Positions 6,246-6,409 of a stretch of 6,409 nt of DNA are shown in pieces. Source of the DNA: a virus (lineage: Duplodnaviria; Heunggongvirae; Uroviricota; Caudoviricetes); IMG/VR virus record IMGVR_UViG_2537561992_000024, positions 1-6,409 of that record. One strand, 5' to 3'. The position numbers and the translations under genes were made by a program. Positions within the stretch are counted from its first letter, which is position 1; the number at the start of each line of letters is the position of its first letter. The notes under the pieces were generated by a model. The model did no database searches. It was not told where the DNA came from and saw only the letters and a program-made list of their open reading frames with translations.

Positions 6246-6409
6246 GTGGCTACGCAGACTGAAGTTGCCAGGCATTTAAGTCTGACCGATCGCCAGCTTC
6301 GCAGATTGCAGAAATTGCCGGGTGCCCCGATATCAAATAAGCGAGGGCAACTGGATCTGGATGCCTGGCGCGATTTTTACATATCGTATCTGAGGAGAAG
6401 TAAAAACGA
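6246..6409 (+). CDS. Terminase small subunit (Nu1-like, N-terminal winged-HTH), 5' part only; continues beyond the window
   Basis: GTG 6246 is preceded by GAGG at 6236-6239 and an in-frame stop at 6240-6242. The product (M)ATQTEVARHLSLTDRQLRRLQKLPGAPISNKRGQLDLDAWRDFYISYLRRSKN... resembles the lambda Nu1 N-terminus in pattern and sits directly after cosB. Confidence 0.6.
   Translation, partial: MATQTEVARHLSLTDRQLRRLQKLPGAPISNKRGQLDLDAWRDFYISYLRRSKN

Noticed and set aside
6075-6275. 66-aa minus-strand ORF
   Set aside because: It overlaps the cosB repeats and the terminase start region on the opposite strand, with no SD. The sequence is constrained by the cos repeats, not by coding.
1-6409. 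CRISPR arrays, tRNA or rRNA genes
   Set aside because: No regularly spaced direct repeats were seen. The only GC-rich structured segments are the terminator hairpins and IS ends, and none has cloverleaf-compatible arm structure.

Overview
This window is the right end of a lambdoid prophage (DLP12 / phage 21 / 82-like, Escherichia-type) running into the cos site and the first packaging gene. All calls rest on reading the sequence and on remembered protein families; no database search was run. In order: a 46-aa small ORF, the Q late antiterminator, a hairpin/terminator block, a complete OmpC/NmpC-family porin gene on the minus strand, an AT-rich intergenic region with an intrinsic terminator, a lysis cassette (S21-type pinholin with dual start, SAR endolysin, Rz with embedded Rz1), the Bor lipoprotein gene on the minus strand, an IS3-family (IS629-like) insertion with 3-bp GAC target duplication, a small ribbon-helix-helix-like gene, cosN with divergent cosB repeats, and the start of a Nu1-like terminase small subunit. 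Nothing here looks like a new defence or toxin system. The points most worth a second look are local anomalies: the IS orfA is broken by about six single-base insertions while orfB is intact; the porin's SD-linked ATG is out of frame by one base in an A-run; cosN is lambda-identical but cosB is not; and the late promoter position is ambiguous.
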